Positions 12,020-25,792 of a stretch of 57,405 nucleotides of DNA are shown here, piece after piece. The translations under genes and the position numbers were made by a program. The DNA lies in assembly GCA_029717555.1 (NCBI GenBank), contig JAMDHS010000015.1:248001-305405 (forward strand), written 5' to 3'. Under the pieces are notes generated by a model. It was not told the DNA's origin, did no database searches, and saw only the letters and a list, made by a program, of their open reading frames with translations. Each line of letters opens with the position of its first letter. Positions within the stretch are counted from its first letter, which is position 1. The stretch is from Peribolospora baueri. Taxonomy: Eukaryota.

Positions 12020-14855
12020 ATGGCGCGCCTCATCCCGGGAGACTCGTCTATACTCTTTGCACGTAGCCTCGTCGCCGTCATCTGGGTCTCAACGTGAGTC
12101 GACGAGGAGCACCTGCCGCACCGGCTGGCATTCTCATTCTTCGCGCTGCTGTCTATTCATCGTACGCTGTTTGCTCCCATCCTCACAGACCGCTATCCAT
12201 ACTCTACGCCTTGCTCTCCGCCTTCGCCTTGCTCCCTCGTCTCCTCCTTTCCCCCCCAACCCGTGCCCTTCTCGAGCCCTACCTTGCCGTCGTCTCCCCC
12301 TCCTCCTATCTGCCGCAGCGAGCGCATCATGTTCTCTTCTTCTGGACGACTGTGGAGACTATCTTCGCATGTTATCACGCCCACCTCGTCCGCAAGGTTC
12401 AGGCCAGGGGTCCTCCTCCGCATTATGGGAGGAGGTTCCTGAGAGAGGTGTTTAGGAGGAGTCTCGAGACTGGAATGAAATCTCACATCGGGAGGAGCGG
12501 CGTTCGATCCGATGGACAGATGGTCCACGGGTCAGACTCCACCGCCGTGCACACGTCCCGGTCGGCTTCGCCTGGACAGTATGCCCTCCGTCCTCGCAAG
12601 AACCACCACTCCTCCGGCGCTCCCAACGGCCTGGGCATCACGTCCCCCGACATCGCCCACTCCACCCTTCCCTCTTCCCCGTCGCCGCTCAGGCCGGACG
12701 CCCCATCCGCGAGAACGCAAACGAAACGAAAGCGTTCCCGCCCGCCGCTCTCATTCATCGAGACCCCGTTAAAAGAGGATGACGAGAGGGCGGTGTCGTT
12801 CAGACAGCGGATATCGGCTTGGTTCAGAGGCGCTGTGAGTGGCGATTCGATAGATCTCACGACCAACCTCATGAGCTGAGTCGCCGTGTCGTGCTCGTCT
12901 CGTTTCGCCGTCCCCACTGACCACTTCTTCTCTCCGCTTATAGTCTCGCGACCGCATCACGCGCCCTCTCATGGAAGAATGGCTCTGCTGGTCGCTCTAC
13001 GGCCAATACCGCCATGAGGTTCTGGACGAACGGCTCGATCGCGAGGCGCGCGGACATCCGAATGGAGGCAACCTGTCCGACAATCTCTTGGCTTGCTCTC
13101 TTGCTACGAGGGTCTCGCCTCTTGGCACCGAGAGTCCCATTCCGCCCGAAGGCTTGTTCGGCAGGGGGGATGGCGAAGAAGAAGACGGGGACGTGGAGGG
13201 AGACGATGAAGATGAGCCTATCGAGGGTGACAAGTGGACCTTCCTCCAGTACATCCTCGGACTCATCGAGGCTCGCTCCGGCCGGCCTTTCCCGCTCGCC
13301 GTGCCGGACCCCATCGGCTGTACCGACGATCCCAAGGCCGCCCTCAGCACTATCACTGGCGCCGGTGCCTCTGCTTCTTCTCATCCTTCTATCCGCCCGA
13401 TCCGCCTCACTCTCGACCCCGTGCGCGTCATCTCCCGCCCTCTGACCTATTATCTTCTCGTCAACTTTATCTCCTTGATGACTTACTACTGGGCGAGATG
13501 GAAGGGATTCCGACACGAGCAGGAGGGAGATCTGGAGTATCTCGTCAGGATCCCGGAGGGATGGACTCTGGAGAAGAGCAGAAGGGGCGGCAAGGACGGG
13601 GAGTTGTTCAGGCCGATCGTCATCCTGCATGGCCTGGGCATCGGATTGGGTGAGTGGAAGCTTGGCGCCGTCGACACGCCACTTTCGCCCTGTCCGTCCG
13701 AATGCAAACGGGACCTACGTGTTCCGCATACCCCTTTCCGCTAATGTCTCCGCCTCGTCCTTTTTCCGATCGACAGCCCAGTACGCCCCTCTAATCCGCT
13801 ATCTCCTCCGCTCGCCTCTAGCTAAGACGCATCCCATGCTCATCCTCCTCCAGCCACACATCTCCCAATCCTTCTTCCACCCTCGCTTCCTTCATCCTCC
13901 AAATAAGGCCTCGACGACGCGTGATCTCAAGCGCGCTCTGGAGAGGTTGGGGTGGGTCGAGCCGGAGGGGGAAGTGAGAAGGAAACGGGCAGGAAGAAAC
14001 GAGAAGGGAGAGTCGGAGACTGAAGCGGGAGGCGTGAGCGTGTTGAGCCACAGCAATGGCACGGTGAGCACCGTTGGGCCCACTCCTTCTCTGGGTTCCT
14101 TTACAGGCCCTCGCTTCCCTGCCTCCTTACTCATTCTTACCCTCATTTTCCAACTCCTTCCCTCTCCTACCGTAGATCGTCCACGCCTGGCTCCTCAAAT
14201 CGATACCGTCCATGATAAAACGCTCCTGCTTTGTCGACCCGGTGTGCTTCAGACTTTTCGATCCGGATGTGTGCTACAACTTCCTCTACAAGCGCGTCCA
14301 GACGCCCGTCGAGGTCATCATGCGTTACTTCGTCGCGAGGGAGTTGGGTACTGCAAATCTGCTTTCGGTGAGTCGGTCATCAGAGCGAGCGGATGGGGTC
14401 CGCTCGAACGACAACATTGACTTCACTCTTCTTTTTCCCTGCCCGCTTTCTTACCGATCGTAGAGGTATTTTGACTGGTGAGGCACGCCGCATCATGCTG
14501 TCCCCGTCCTGGTCGCTCCACCTTGCGTCTCGTGCATATCGTGCTCAACGGCGCATCCGCTTTTTTTCCCGCTCCACCCTCCCTGTCCAGGTCCTCCAAC
14601 CTCCTATGGCCGATCCCTGAGATTCCGCGCCTGCGATCTCCCTACCATACGCGCTTTTTCCTCGCGGGGCAAGACGCAATCCTGAACGCGAAGATGGTGC
14701 GCGAGTACCTGCTCGAGCATGGCGTCGAGGAGGTGGAGCACGGCGGGGGCCTCAGGATGGACTGGGAGAAGGCGCATGGGGAGACACTGATCAGTGGGAA
14801 CGAGGGGATGGATAGCATCATCAGCTGGTTGAACGCGTCTGAGGAACAGGACTAA
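12020..14855 (+). CDS. Uncharacterised fungal alpha/beta-hydrolase with N-terminal hydrophobic segment, multi-exon
   Basis: ATG 12020, intron 12094-12188. Motifs EWLCWSLY, IRLTLDPV, PIVILHGLGIGL.QY, nucleophile elbow SHSNGT, FVDPVCF and HGE near the C-terminus. TAA at 14853-14855. Confidence 0.8.
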
Positions 14856-15440
14856 AGATGTGTCGAATCCTCCCTGGATCATGGATAGACCGATGGTTAA
14901 TTGTATGCAAAAAAAGGAATCGCATATTTCCCGGTCGCTGATTTAACTGTCTGTACACCCGTAGGTAAACCCTTCTGGGCAGCTGGCTGATCGTTGTTGG
15001 ACGGCTGCGTGAGTGAGTGGTATGCATGCGCTGGAGTTGGTGGCCAGTCAGTCAGTCAGTCAGTCCATCGCCGGGCGATGGCGCGGTGCATCGTGACGGT
15101 CTAACAGAGTGCAAATGGAACGGCCAACTGGGCTCTTCGCACGTCGTCATCGAAGGGCGGAATTGAAACGAACGCGCGAAGGGGAGGGAGGACAAGGGAA
15201 GGGAAGAAAGAAAAAGGCGAACGGACGCCGCCCATAGTGATACAAGGAAACTGCAAGGCGACGATGGAAATGACATAGGCGCCGAGAGAGAAAGAGAGAG
15301 CGACGAGCGTCTAGTGGTAAAATTCATAAAATGATCATGAATAGGTAGCAGAGTCATAACGTAGGTGGGTATCAGCGGAGAAGGCAAAGAGACGGGAGAA
15401 GGGTGGCGGTGGCGATGAGACGGAGGAGAATGCTGTCCAA

Positions 15441-18400
15441 CTATCGCTTCAAGGTCTCGAGCTGCTTTTCTAAAACGCTGTGAACACGCAAACATGGAAC
15501 CGAAGAGGAGAGGGAAATACCGGTCAGTAAGCGATCGACGTAACCGGACCTTGCCTACCCCGACAAACGAAGCAAAAAAAAAAAAATTAAACGCACGCCA
15601 CAGTTTCTTGCAACTCGACCACCCTCTCCTTCCCGCCCTGCCTCTCCCTCTTCACCCTCTCCTCCGCCGCCTTGTTCCTGATCTCCAGCTCCTTTATCCT
15701 AGCTTGCCACTTGCCCTCAGCGACGCTGAACTTCCTCTTGGTATCGTTCAACTGTTCCTCAGCCGACGACGCCTGGTTCTGCACCGTCATCAGACGCCTC
15801 TCCGCATTATTCGCTCGAGACGTCAAGGAGGTGATCTTGGAGTTTTCCGCCGGAGAGGCCAGGGCGGTGCGCGTTCTGAGGGAAGAGATTTGAGCGAGGA
15901 GCTCGGCGTTGGTGGACTTACAGGGATCAGAGGCCGATTCGGTGAGAGTCAGCGTGAGTGGCCGTACGAGCAATTTAGATGGAGGTTCCAAACTCACCTT
16001 GGCCGCCTCGAGCTCGCCCTGTTTTGTTATCAACCGCTGCCTCCACTGCCCCTGCTTATTCGTAGCGTTCTTGATGGCCGTCTCGAATCGATCGAGCTGA
16101 CGCAGTCTAGACTCCTGCTGCCTCTTGAGCGTGGCGAACTGCTCGCCCAGCTTCGCCTCCACCTCCTTGACGCGCCGGTCGAAGCTCAGCTGGATCTGTG
16201 CCAGATTCTTCAGCCGGGACGTAAGGCTCTCGTGAAAGACGGCAAAGTTGGCGAACGGCTTTGGTTCCGATGAGCCGCCCTTGCCCTAGTGAATCAAGGA
16301 GGTTAAAGGGGGAACGCGGAAGAAGGCGAGTCATCAGCTGGGTATCCTTTCAGGAAAGCCAAGGTCGCACCATTGCCTCAACGCGTCCACTCCACTCACA
16401 GCCGGCTTTCCATCGCTGACGATCTTCGAGATGTACTGGTAAACAGTGAGAAGAAGCGTGTTTCTCTCGCTGAGCTGATCCCGGAACTCGCGTTCGCTCA
16501 TCGTGATGGCACGCTGGTCCCTCGACATCCTGCCCTCGAGCTCCTGCACGCGGTCTCGCGCAGCGACCAGCTCGGCCTGCACGTCCCTGAGGGTCTGCTG
16601 CGTCGAGTCGAGCCGGTCAGAGAGTCCGAGGCGGGATTGGGTTTGGGAGGCCAGCTGGCTACTTAAGTCGCGGTTCTCGGCGTGCTGATGACAGAATGAA
16701 CAACGACATGTCAGCCCAACCACATCCCTCACTTACAGCAGCTCGATCAGCTGGGCTTGCACTCACAAGTTTGCTGACGGTTTCGTCCTTCTCCCTGACC
16801 ATCTCGTCCCTCCTCTCCACTTCCTTCCGCAGCCTCTCCACGTCCGCCTCACACCTCGCAAGGTCACGCTTGAGGCGATCGACCTCGAGCTCGAGCGAGA
16901 AGCGGTCGTTTGTAATGGACTCGCCCAGCCGCCGCGAATCGCTCTCCATCTGCCGTAGCGCCTTCTCCACTCGTTCGAGATCGGACGTGCGCGTTGCGAC
17001 TCGGTCCTCGGAAGTGGCGAGCTCGACTTTCAGATCGGCAATGATCTGAGCGATCAAGCGACAAAGACGAGCGTAAGAGGATGAACAGCAGCGATTGTTT
17101 GCGAAGAGCGGTCCAACTTCGACTTGACAGGTCACGCACCTTCTCCTTCTCATCCACAATCTTGTTCCACTTCTCCAAGAGATCCGCCCTCTCGTTCTCC
17201 CACGTCTCGTGTGCGCGATCCTTCTCCTCCTCGACAGCCCTGAGATCAGCCTCAAGGTCCTCGAGCTGGTCTCTGAGCTTTTGCATCGTCTCCGCATCGG
17301 CTCGCCGCTTCTCCTCCGACACCTTAATGCGGTCCTCGAGGTCGCCGATACGGTCGAGCAGGGACTGGTGCTCGGATTCGAGCTCTTGCATGTCTTGAGC
17401 GAGCACGTCGTGATCGTACTCGAGGTTGGCGATTTTCTGCACGACAAGCGGTAGGATGAAGCGTGGGGGCCGTCAGGACGGTACTCAAACCGCCGACTGA
17501 GGCGCGGTCGGACTCACGTCTTTGAGTCGGGCCACAATCTCCTCATGCTTGACCTTGCTGCTCTCATGCTCGTCATGCAAGCTTTGATACGCCTGTGAAG
17601 TCTCTTCGAGCTCTTCCTCTGCGGCCTGAGCTTGCTCGGAGTACTGTTCACCATCCATCGTGGACACAGCGCATGTTAGTTTCGGTACTCGAATCATCAG
17701 AGCGAGGGTACAGGGCCACCACCCACCTTGGCCACCTCGGCGTTCAGTACGTCAATCTCTTCCCTCGCGGCTTCGAGCTCGGCTTCCTTCGTGTTCGCCT
17801 CCTCGGCGAGCTGGACGAGGGCGTCATGATATTCCTCGCTCTTCATCTGCAGCTGCGCCTTCTCGTCGGAGAGACGCGCGTGCTCTTCCTGAAGTGCCAC
17901 AAAGTCGGCCGAGACGGCGTTGTGCTGATCGCGAACGTCCTCAAGCTCTTCCTGCTTCTCTGAGACGAGATTGCTCCACTTCCTCTCTTGCTCGTCCATC
18001 TCCTCGTTGTGCCGACGGAGCTGTTCGTCAAACTCTTCCTGCTGGTCGCGCACTTCGTCCAGCTCCTGCTCCTTTTCTTGTAGGACGAGCTGAGTTTCTG
18101 CGAGTTTGTCGCGTAGTACGCCGATGTTCTGCAGACAAGGAGGAACGACGGACGGAATCGAGTGAGATGCGTTGGTTGACCACACAGAAACAGCACGACA
18201 AAAAAAGAGAAGAACGCAAACGCTCACCTCTTCCAAGTCCTCCCTCTCTCTTACGTCTCCCTCCAGCCCCTCCTTCCTCGCCGCTTCTCTGTCCTCTAAT
18301 TCGTCTAGCCTCTCCCGTAACCTCCGAAGGTCCATCTCTAGGTCCTCCTTTTCCCCCAACAACGCCTCTCTGTCCTCCTCTGAGCGCACCAACGCCCTGT

Positions 18401-19939
18401 CCTGCTCCTCTACTTGACTCTCCAGCGCCGCTTTGTCCTGCTCGAGCACCGCGATCTGACGGCGAAGCTTGGACACCTCCCTTCGCCCGCCGCCCTCTCC
18501 GACGCCAACACTGCCGCTCAAAGCAGACCGCCCACCGTCGTCGTCGGAAGAGTCCCCACCTCCCTCACCCTCGACGTCGACATGCCTCTTCCGCCGCCTT
18601 CTCTCCCTGCGCCTCTCCTCGTCCGCTTCGAGCAGCGTCTGGGTCGTCTCCTCCAAGTTGCGCCTCAGCTCGCTCACTTGACCCTCCAACTCGGCGACCT
18701 GCTGACGAAGCTCGTCGCGCTCCTGGATGGCCTCCTCCTTGCGCTCTCGTTCCGCTTCCAGATCCGAGCGGATATACGAGATTTCAGCTTGCGATGCCTG
18801 CGCAGCCCCCCAGAGGCGTGCAATAGAGAGGGAGTATGACAAGACTGAGCAATCCGATAGGCGAGCGAGAAACAGAACCCGAACCACAACACAAGCGGTC
18901 TCTCTCCCAACTCACGTTCGGATCTTCCTCCCAGCTGCCCTTCTCCTTGGCCTCCCTGAGCTCATTCTCCAACCTCTCCCTCTCTTCCCTCTCTCGCTGG
19001 CTTGATTCCTCTGCCTCCTGAGCCTTCCTCCGCGCCTCCTCAAGGTCGTCAACGAGCCTCTCCTTGTCCCTCCTTGCATCGCGCAAGGCCTTGTGCTGCT
19101 CCCTCAGCAGCCTCCGGTGCTCGCGCAGATCCATCTCAATACGCTCGTACCGCTCCATCGTCGCCCGCATCAGGCGCTTCTCCATCTCGTCGTACGCGTC
19201 CGGATCGAGCTTCATGAGCTTGTCCTTGAGCAGTTGCACCTCTAGCTTGAGGCTAAAGTTCTCTTTGCCCAGCTCGTCCACTTTCTGCAAGCCCCCAAAG
19301 TTGGTCGATAAGCAAGAAGAGACTGCGACGGGAAGAGCCGGCACGGCATCATCGCATCCCTTGAAGACTCACCAGCTGCTGCTCCCTCAACGTGGGCGCA
19401 GCCGTGCTCTTCCGCCCTGTCCGCCGACCAGGTCCAGGGGTGGCGTCGGCCGCATCTCCTCCGCGACCAAGCTCGGCAGGATCGAAAGACGTTTCCCCCG
19501 AAGCGTCCGCGACGGCCGCCCTGAGACTCAGGTCCAGCCTTCCCACATCGCCGATGGAGTCGTCGGTGGCCGTCCGAACGCCGTGGGGCCTCCCTGCATC
19601 GCTGCGACTGCGCGAGTTCCGCCCGCCCGTCGATAAACCCTCATCGTATGCCTCGAGAGCGGCGCGGGTGGGTTGGGGGGTCCACGGAGCGCTATGGGCG
19701 TCGTCTCTCCTTTCCGTGCGAGCCCCTGATCCTCCTGTTGCCGCTCCGCCTCGTCCTAGTCCGTCTCCCACACTGCCAGCGCCCCCGCTTCCGGTCATGG
19801 CGTCCGCATATCCCTCGCCGTCGTTAGCCTCGCTGAGGATTGAAAGATTGGGAAAGGCGGACGCGTTTCCGAGAGTGTGAGTCGCCGTCGGGTCGTCCTC
19901 GTCGTGCGCCATGCCGAGCGTCGCAGATGGGGCGGCCAT
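15441..19939 (-). CDS. Mto1/ApsB-type microtubule-organiser (gamma-tubulin complex receptor), long coiled coil, multi-exon
   Basis: CM1/centrosomin motif TLREQQ...VDELGKENFSLKLEVQLL. Extensive coiled coil, EQLSERNTLLLTV-type motif and C-terminal KWQARIKELE...ERVKRERQGGKERV. The last exon ends VLEKQLETLKR*. Confidence 0.85.
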
Positions 19940-20395
19940 GGCGGACGAGTTGGGGAGACGATCGTCGAAAGAGAGGTAAAAGAAAGATCTATCGGCGGTC
20001 CCGTCTGTCTTGAGGAGGGATATGGTGAATCGATCTTGAGCCGATGGACGGCCGACTGCGGCAATACTCTGTGTGGTCGCGTCCGTGCACGCGTCGCGAG
20101 GTCACCAACGTAGGGTTGCTCAGAATTGGTCACGTGAATATCGACTGCGGCGACAGGCGAGCGGCGCGATCGAAGGTGGACAGAGAAGGCGAAGATGAGG
20201 AAGGGAGGGCGGAAGACAGACATACATGGACGTTGGACAAGGACGTATAACTATCTAGAGCAGGCGACAACGGTGGCCACGATACCTTAGTGTGCCCTCG
20301 CGTCCTCCCATACACCCCTAGACGCAAGGCCTGAGACTCTGACGCAAAACGTAACCGCTGAGTGCACGCCCGATCAGTCCGGCAAACGGCACGAC

Positions 20396-22645
20396 ATGGA
20401 CGAAATCATCCCCAGCCTCTACCTTGGCGACTTCCGTTCCGCCATGGACGAAGCGGCGCTGAAGGGGAATGGCATCACGCACGTGCTTAGCGTCATGAAG
20501 CAGAGGGTTGTCTTGGATCCTGTGAGTCGGTGAAGCACGCTGGTGGTCTCCGTTCACGATACCTCCCTAGCCGCTGCTGCCTACTAGAGTTCGCGCGTGC
20601 AGAAGAATCTAACTCGTCCACTTCCTCCGTCCCGGAAGACCCTCGCAGTCAAGCAAATCCGACTGGACGATGATGTTCAGGCGCTCGTGCTTACGTTGTT
20701 TGAGGATGCCAACCGATGGATCGAACAAGCGATCCGAGGCGGAGGCAAGGTGCTCGTGCATTGCCAGGTGGGTGCGGCCGAATAGGCGACGCAAGGTTCG
20801 AGGTCGCGCATGAGCCACAAGAACAGATGCTGAGCCAGAGGGTCATCTTGCAGGCTGGCGTCTCCCGCTCCCCGACCTTCTGCCTCGCCTTCCTGATGTG
20901 GTCTCCGTCTCATTCCCACACCCTCTCCTCTGCACTTACCCTCCTTCAATCCGTACGACCCAGCGTCGAACCTAACTCGGGGTTGATGGAGCAGCTGGAG
21001 ATGTATGAGCGCGTGGGCTGTGTTGTAGACATGAGGGACCAGGATATCAGGAGGTGGTTGATGGGTAGGACGGCCGATATTTTGAGTGAGCATTCCGCCA
21101 TTCTCAAGAATGTCCCGATTCGACGCGCCATCATCAGATCAATCCAAATTGTTTACTTTTCTTCTGTGTCTAGACGGCGACAACCCCTCCAACCTCCTCC
21201 TGTCCTATTACCCATCCCCGCATTCGTCTCCCGGCATCTACGATCACTCTTCCGACCTCGCCCCTCTCACCCCCATCTTTCAAACGGACGGGGCTCCAGA
21301 CCTCGCCATGAGCAAAGTCGACGCTTCCGATTCCAGTGGCTCGTCGAGCCGAAGCAATGTGGGGCGTGGAAACGTTGGGACTAAGGTGACCATAGGCGGA
21401 CACCGTGCGCTCGACGGCGTCAAGGGGAATCAGAAGCCAGGGGCTTCGGATGGCGGCTTAGGCGTCGTGCTCTCCAAACCTACATATTCGGGCAGGAAGT
21501 TGAGGTGCAAGATGTGTCGGTGAGTCCTTCGCGCTCACATTTGCCGATCATCTTTTCTCCTTTCTCCTTCTTTTCTCATTTTTCCAGCTTTTCCTGTTTT
21601 TCTTTTGGCATGGTGACAGCCGCGAGCTCGCTGCCCGGGAGCACATCATAACCCACGAACCAGGCATCGGACAGATGGCGTTCGCGCCCAAGAAGCGCGA
21701 TCCGAACCGCTACCGGCAGGAGCGCCTTGAACGGGAGGTCCGCAGGAGCGAGGAGGAGGCTTCTGTTACTAGCGCGTCTAGAGCGGATATCACGAAGGAC
21801 GAGGAGGGGGAGCAGACGCAGGCGAAGGAGGGAGCGAAGCAAACCGCGACGGACGGAACGACGGACAAAGCTGCGACCTCCTCCGGTGCTCACCAATCGA
21901 GCTCCATTCCACGTACGGCCGCTGCTAACGAGACGGTGCCCAAGAGTCCTCCGCCTGCCCATCCGCAGTTTCAAACGGCGGCAGCACTGACTTCCCAGCT
22001 CCCACCGCATTTAGCCGCACTCCGTCTTGGTCGTGCCGGCCCAGGTCAAGCCCAACCGATGCAGACGCAGACGCAACGTCACTCAGGGCCCGCTTCTTCT
22101 CGCCCAGGATCAAACAAAACGCCTTCCACTGCCGTCGGCTCCACCTCCAACTCCCCTGCCTGTGGCATATCCCCTTCCCCTCGCCCTTCGGAACCTATGC
22201 AGCAACAACCTCCACGATCCGCCTCGCCTCCCCTCCTCATCTCCCCACTCTGCCAGAGCTATTTCCTTGAACCGATGAGCTGGATGTCCGAAAAATTGGA
22301 GACGGGAGAACTGGCGGGACGTTTGGTTTGCCCAAACAAGAGGTGTGGTGCGAAGGTGTGTCTCTTCGTTCGGTCGTTGGTGGCGGTCCTTTTTGAGAGC
22401 CGGTCTTGGGTATTTTGCATTCCCTGGACACTGACAAGCGACGTCTCACTTCGGCCTCCTTCTCTTCCCTGTCCCACGCCGTCCTTGTTCACGCCACTTT
22501 CCGTTCAATTCGCACCTCGATTGACCGGTGTTCGTTCGCACAGCTCGGAACGTGGGACTGGGCGGGGAGCCAGTGCTCCTGCGGAGGATGGGTCGTACCG
22601 GCTTTCATGTTGCCCAAGTCCAAGGTAGATGAGGTGATGAACTGA
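20396..22645 (+). CDS. YVH1: Dual-specificity phosphatase with C-terminal zinc-binding domain (DUSP12 family), multi-exon
   Basis: MDEIIPSLYLG, VLVHCQ|AGVSRS, PNSGLMEQL. Zinc domain LRCKMCR|REL...CQSYFLEPMSWM...CPNKRCGAK|LGTWDWAGSQCSCGGWVVPAF. Confidence 0.92.
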
Positions 22646-23517
22646 GGGCTTTGCAAGCTGGGGTCCGCCGAGGGGCATGGACCTTGTCGCGCGCTCCGCG
22701 AGACGTTGCTTGTCTCGACGTCCTTGTCTTCCTGGTATGTAGATTAGACCTGAGGAGGCGCTGCGTGTCTCTCTCGCGTAAGTTGGCCAGCCAATGGACG
22801 AAGCCGCCGTCGGCTTAGTCCCGTGTATCCGACAAAGCTATAGTATTGGTTGCGACGACGGACGGGCGTCGATGTCGGTCAGACCGTCCCATCCCACACT
22901 TCAGCAACTTCAGCAGACAAAAAAGTCCAATGAAAGTGATGTAGTGTACTCGAGGCGGGTCGGGCTCGACCCGATCTTGCCAGGACGAGAGCACTCGTAC
23001 TCGCATGGCCAAGACCGTGATGGGAGCAGTAGGGCGATAAGACGGGGATGCGTGACTAGAACCAAGGGGCAATCAAGGTCCTATTCTATCCTATCTTATA
23101 TTTCCAGTTACATGGGAGTCCTCATGGCCGAGTGGGACTGGACGGTCGTCGAGTCGATTCTTGCCTGAGGAGTCTTACCGTCTTACCGTTTGTCCACGCA
23201 CGTCGGAAAATTCCCTTCTATGACCCTACCAGCGAGGACATTCGTAGCGCGCACATTGCCGACCGGGTCCCGGACAAAATTGCAAAGGAGTGTCACATTG
23301 CGATCTAGATGACGAACGGTGCAGCTTCACATACGACACCATGCGACGGAGGATGTACGTACACTCGCTTTAAAGCTAAAATATGACCGAGGACAACCAC
23401 GGTACGTTTTCAAGCAGAGAGCAGACCCGTTTTATAGTACTGTACTTCACTCGAGCGTGCTCTTCGAGTGCTTGAGCAGCGACACGGTGGTAACCTCATC
23501 TCCACAGCTGAGCTCCT

Positions 23518-24642
23518 TCAAGACCGGAGACGTTCCTCCATCTTCGCCCGCTGCGCCTTGAGCGCCTCGACCTTTTCTTCCTTGGTAGCGTTGTAGGCCA
23601 CGGTAATCTGGTTGAACGGGTTGTCAGGGTGCGATTGGAACTGCGGGCACGAAGAGACGAGACCGAGACGGAAACAAGAGCGCCAGCAGGAGCGCCAAAA
23701 CGAGGGAGATGATGAGAATAAAGCAGACAGGCAAACCGGAGATGGACATGAATGAGCGTCCCATCTCCGTCTTCTCTGGATAATTGAACGCATATATTCA
23801 TGCGCCGGCACAAAGTATGCTGAGGCTCACCTCCTTGTAGAGCAGGTCTTGCATCTGGTTCATCCTCAGCCCAGGATGGTCCTGTTTGACCCTAGGTAGC
23901 TCGCGTTCCTTGAATGCCTCAAACGCTGCCTTGAACCTGCGCTCCGGATGGCGATCAATCGCGGCTGCCTTGGAGCCCATGGTGGCATTGTCGGTCTTCT
24001 CCGTCGCCAGCGTGAGTGCGTCCAGAGCTAGTAGTGGTGGTCGCAAAAGAAGAAATGGAAAATGGCGTCAGCGTCTGATTCGTACAAGCAGAATTAAGGA
24101 GTTTGGATATACGTAGAATGCGTCAAACGTAAAAGCGGAAACCTTACCATCATCGATATTGGACGCGCTGAACGCATCCAACGCGCTGTCGATCCCTCCG
24201 ACCTTGGAGGACGCCGGAGACTTGCCCGCACCACCACCCTTGCTGGTCCCGGCACCCGCCTTGCCCGCCCCGCCCTTGTTCTTCGGCTTGGAAGGCAGGC
24301 TGACCTCCTCCTCAGCGAGCAGCCGCGCGTTTTCCGCCTTGCGTGCCGCTAGCTGTGCCGCCTTTTCTGCTTTCGACTCCTTGGTTGACCTGCCTTTCGC
24401 ACCTTGTTCCCACTTCGTAGACTCTGTCGCTTCCTGTGGAAGACAAAAAAAGTTGGAAGGCAAGGTAAAATGTACGAAATAAAGACAGAGAACAAAATGA
24501 GCGAGTCAAGCTAAAAGTTGTATTGAGACCAATCTCCGATCACACTCACAGCCGCCGCCGTCGCCGCCGCCTTCTTCTTCTCCTCCTGCTCTGCCTTGCG
24601 CGCGCGGCCGGCCACGGCCTTTGAGTTGGTCTTTGGACCCAT
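23518..24642 (-). CDS. CCDC124/Lso2-family ribosome-associated protein, multi-exon
   Basis: MGPKTNSKAVAGRARKAE...W.QGAK...ARLLAEEE...IDRHPERRFKAAFEAFKERELP...PGLRMNQ...FQSHPDNPFNQ. Confidence 0.9.
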
Positions 24643-25792
24643 GGGTCGCGAAGGGAACCGTCTCCGAAATGAAAGGGTTGACCTCAAACGAAATACTAGG
24701 TGGCGTGGTGTAGGGAAGAGAGCCAAACACGACACGACGATGATGATCTGTCTGGGCGGAGGTGAGCGGCTATAGGCGGGTCATTCGCCGATCGCCCGCA
24801 CGGGCCACTTCAGCACCACTTGCTCTAGGAACATTGGCTAAATGTATGCGCCAAAGGAGATGATGTCGACGACGAGCAGATAAGAGCTTGAGCCTCTTCC
24901 ATTATGTCGGCTACCTCGATCAACTGCGCGTTTTCAGGAGGCAAAGATGTTGTATCGCGGAGCCGTGAAAAGGGGAAATGAGTATGGGAGCCTTACATTA
25001 GGGGGGCCAGATCCTTGGCAGGTGGTGACCTTGGCCTTTTTGCCCAACGATAGCGAGGCTTTCTGTCGCCCGCATGCGCTACTTTCCTTTTCGGTGAGCG
25101 AGAATGAGAGCGCGACAACGAGATGGGCACGAATAGGGCTGATCCGCTGTCCTCGCCGAAGGCAGCCATGATGATCGACGAAATACCTCCGCATTTCGCG
25201 GAGCAATAAAGGGAACCTCGTCAAGGAGCTTACACAACATAGTTCTGTTCAAGCCGCAAGCTTTTACTGGCCCGCCTTATACGCTGCGACGATGTTGGCG
25301 GGGGTTTGAATTGGAGATGGCCGACGTATGACGCGGCTTTGATAAGAGAGGCGGGGCGCCGATAGGAAGCGTTGTAAAGGCGCATACGTCTTCCACAGGC
25401 ATGGGCGTTCCTTTCTCGCTCGCACGAGCGCTGACTTGTTCTCCCCGACCGTTCCTCGTTCTTCGGCGACATGGGATGAGGAGATGAGGAAACTGACGCG
25501 TACGTCGGATCGTGTCGACGTCACAGCACAGCTGATGGAATGGAAGTCACGTGGACGATGTTCGCTTCACACCCGGTTCATATATCCGGGTCGTCGACGA
25601 CCAACAACCGTCCCCATCCACTTCACCCCCTGCGCGTTCCCAACGAGACCATCTTCGCCCCCGCATTATCATCGCTCATAGGCCTAGTGTATCACATAAG
25701 AGCCCAAGCCGTCAGCTGACGAGCGCCGACGCACACCAAAGTCTTCCCTGTCGGCACGAGCCTCTCCCTGTTCTCGAATCCATCCGCTGACC

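Noticed and set aside
22650..23450. ORF 22794-23168 and splice-like signals between YVH1 and the CCDC124-like gene
   Set aside because: No protein similarity or ncRNA motif recognised. May be 3' UTR sequence.
24700..25500. ATGATGA C-box-like motifs in the LSO2-PLD intergenic region
   Set aside because: No suitably spaced D box, terminal stem or recognisable rRNA guide. An Rfam scan would be needed to exclude an ncRNA.
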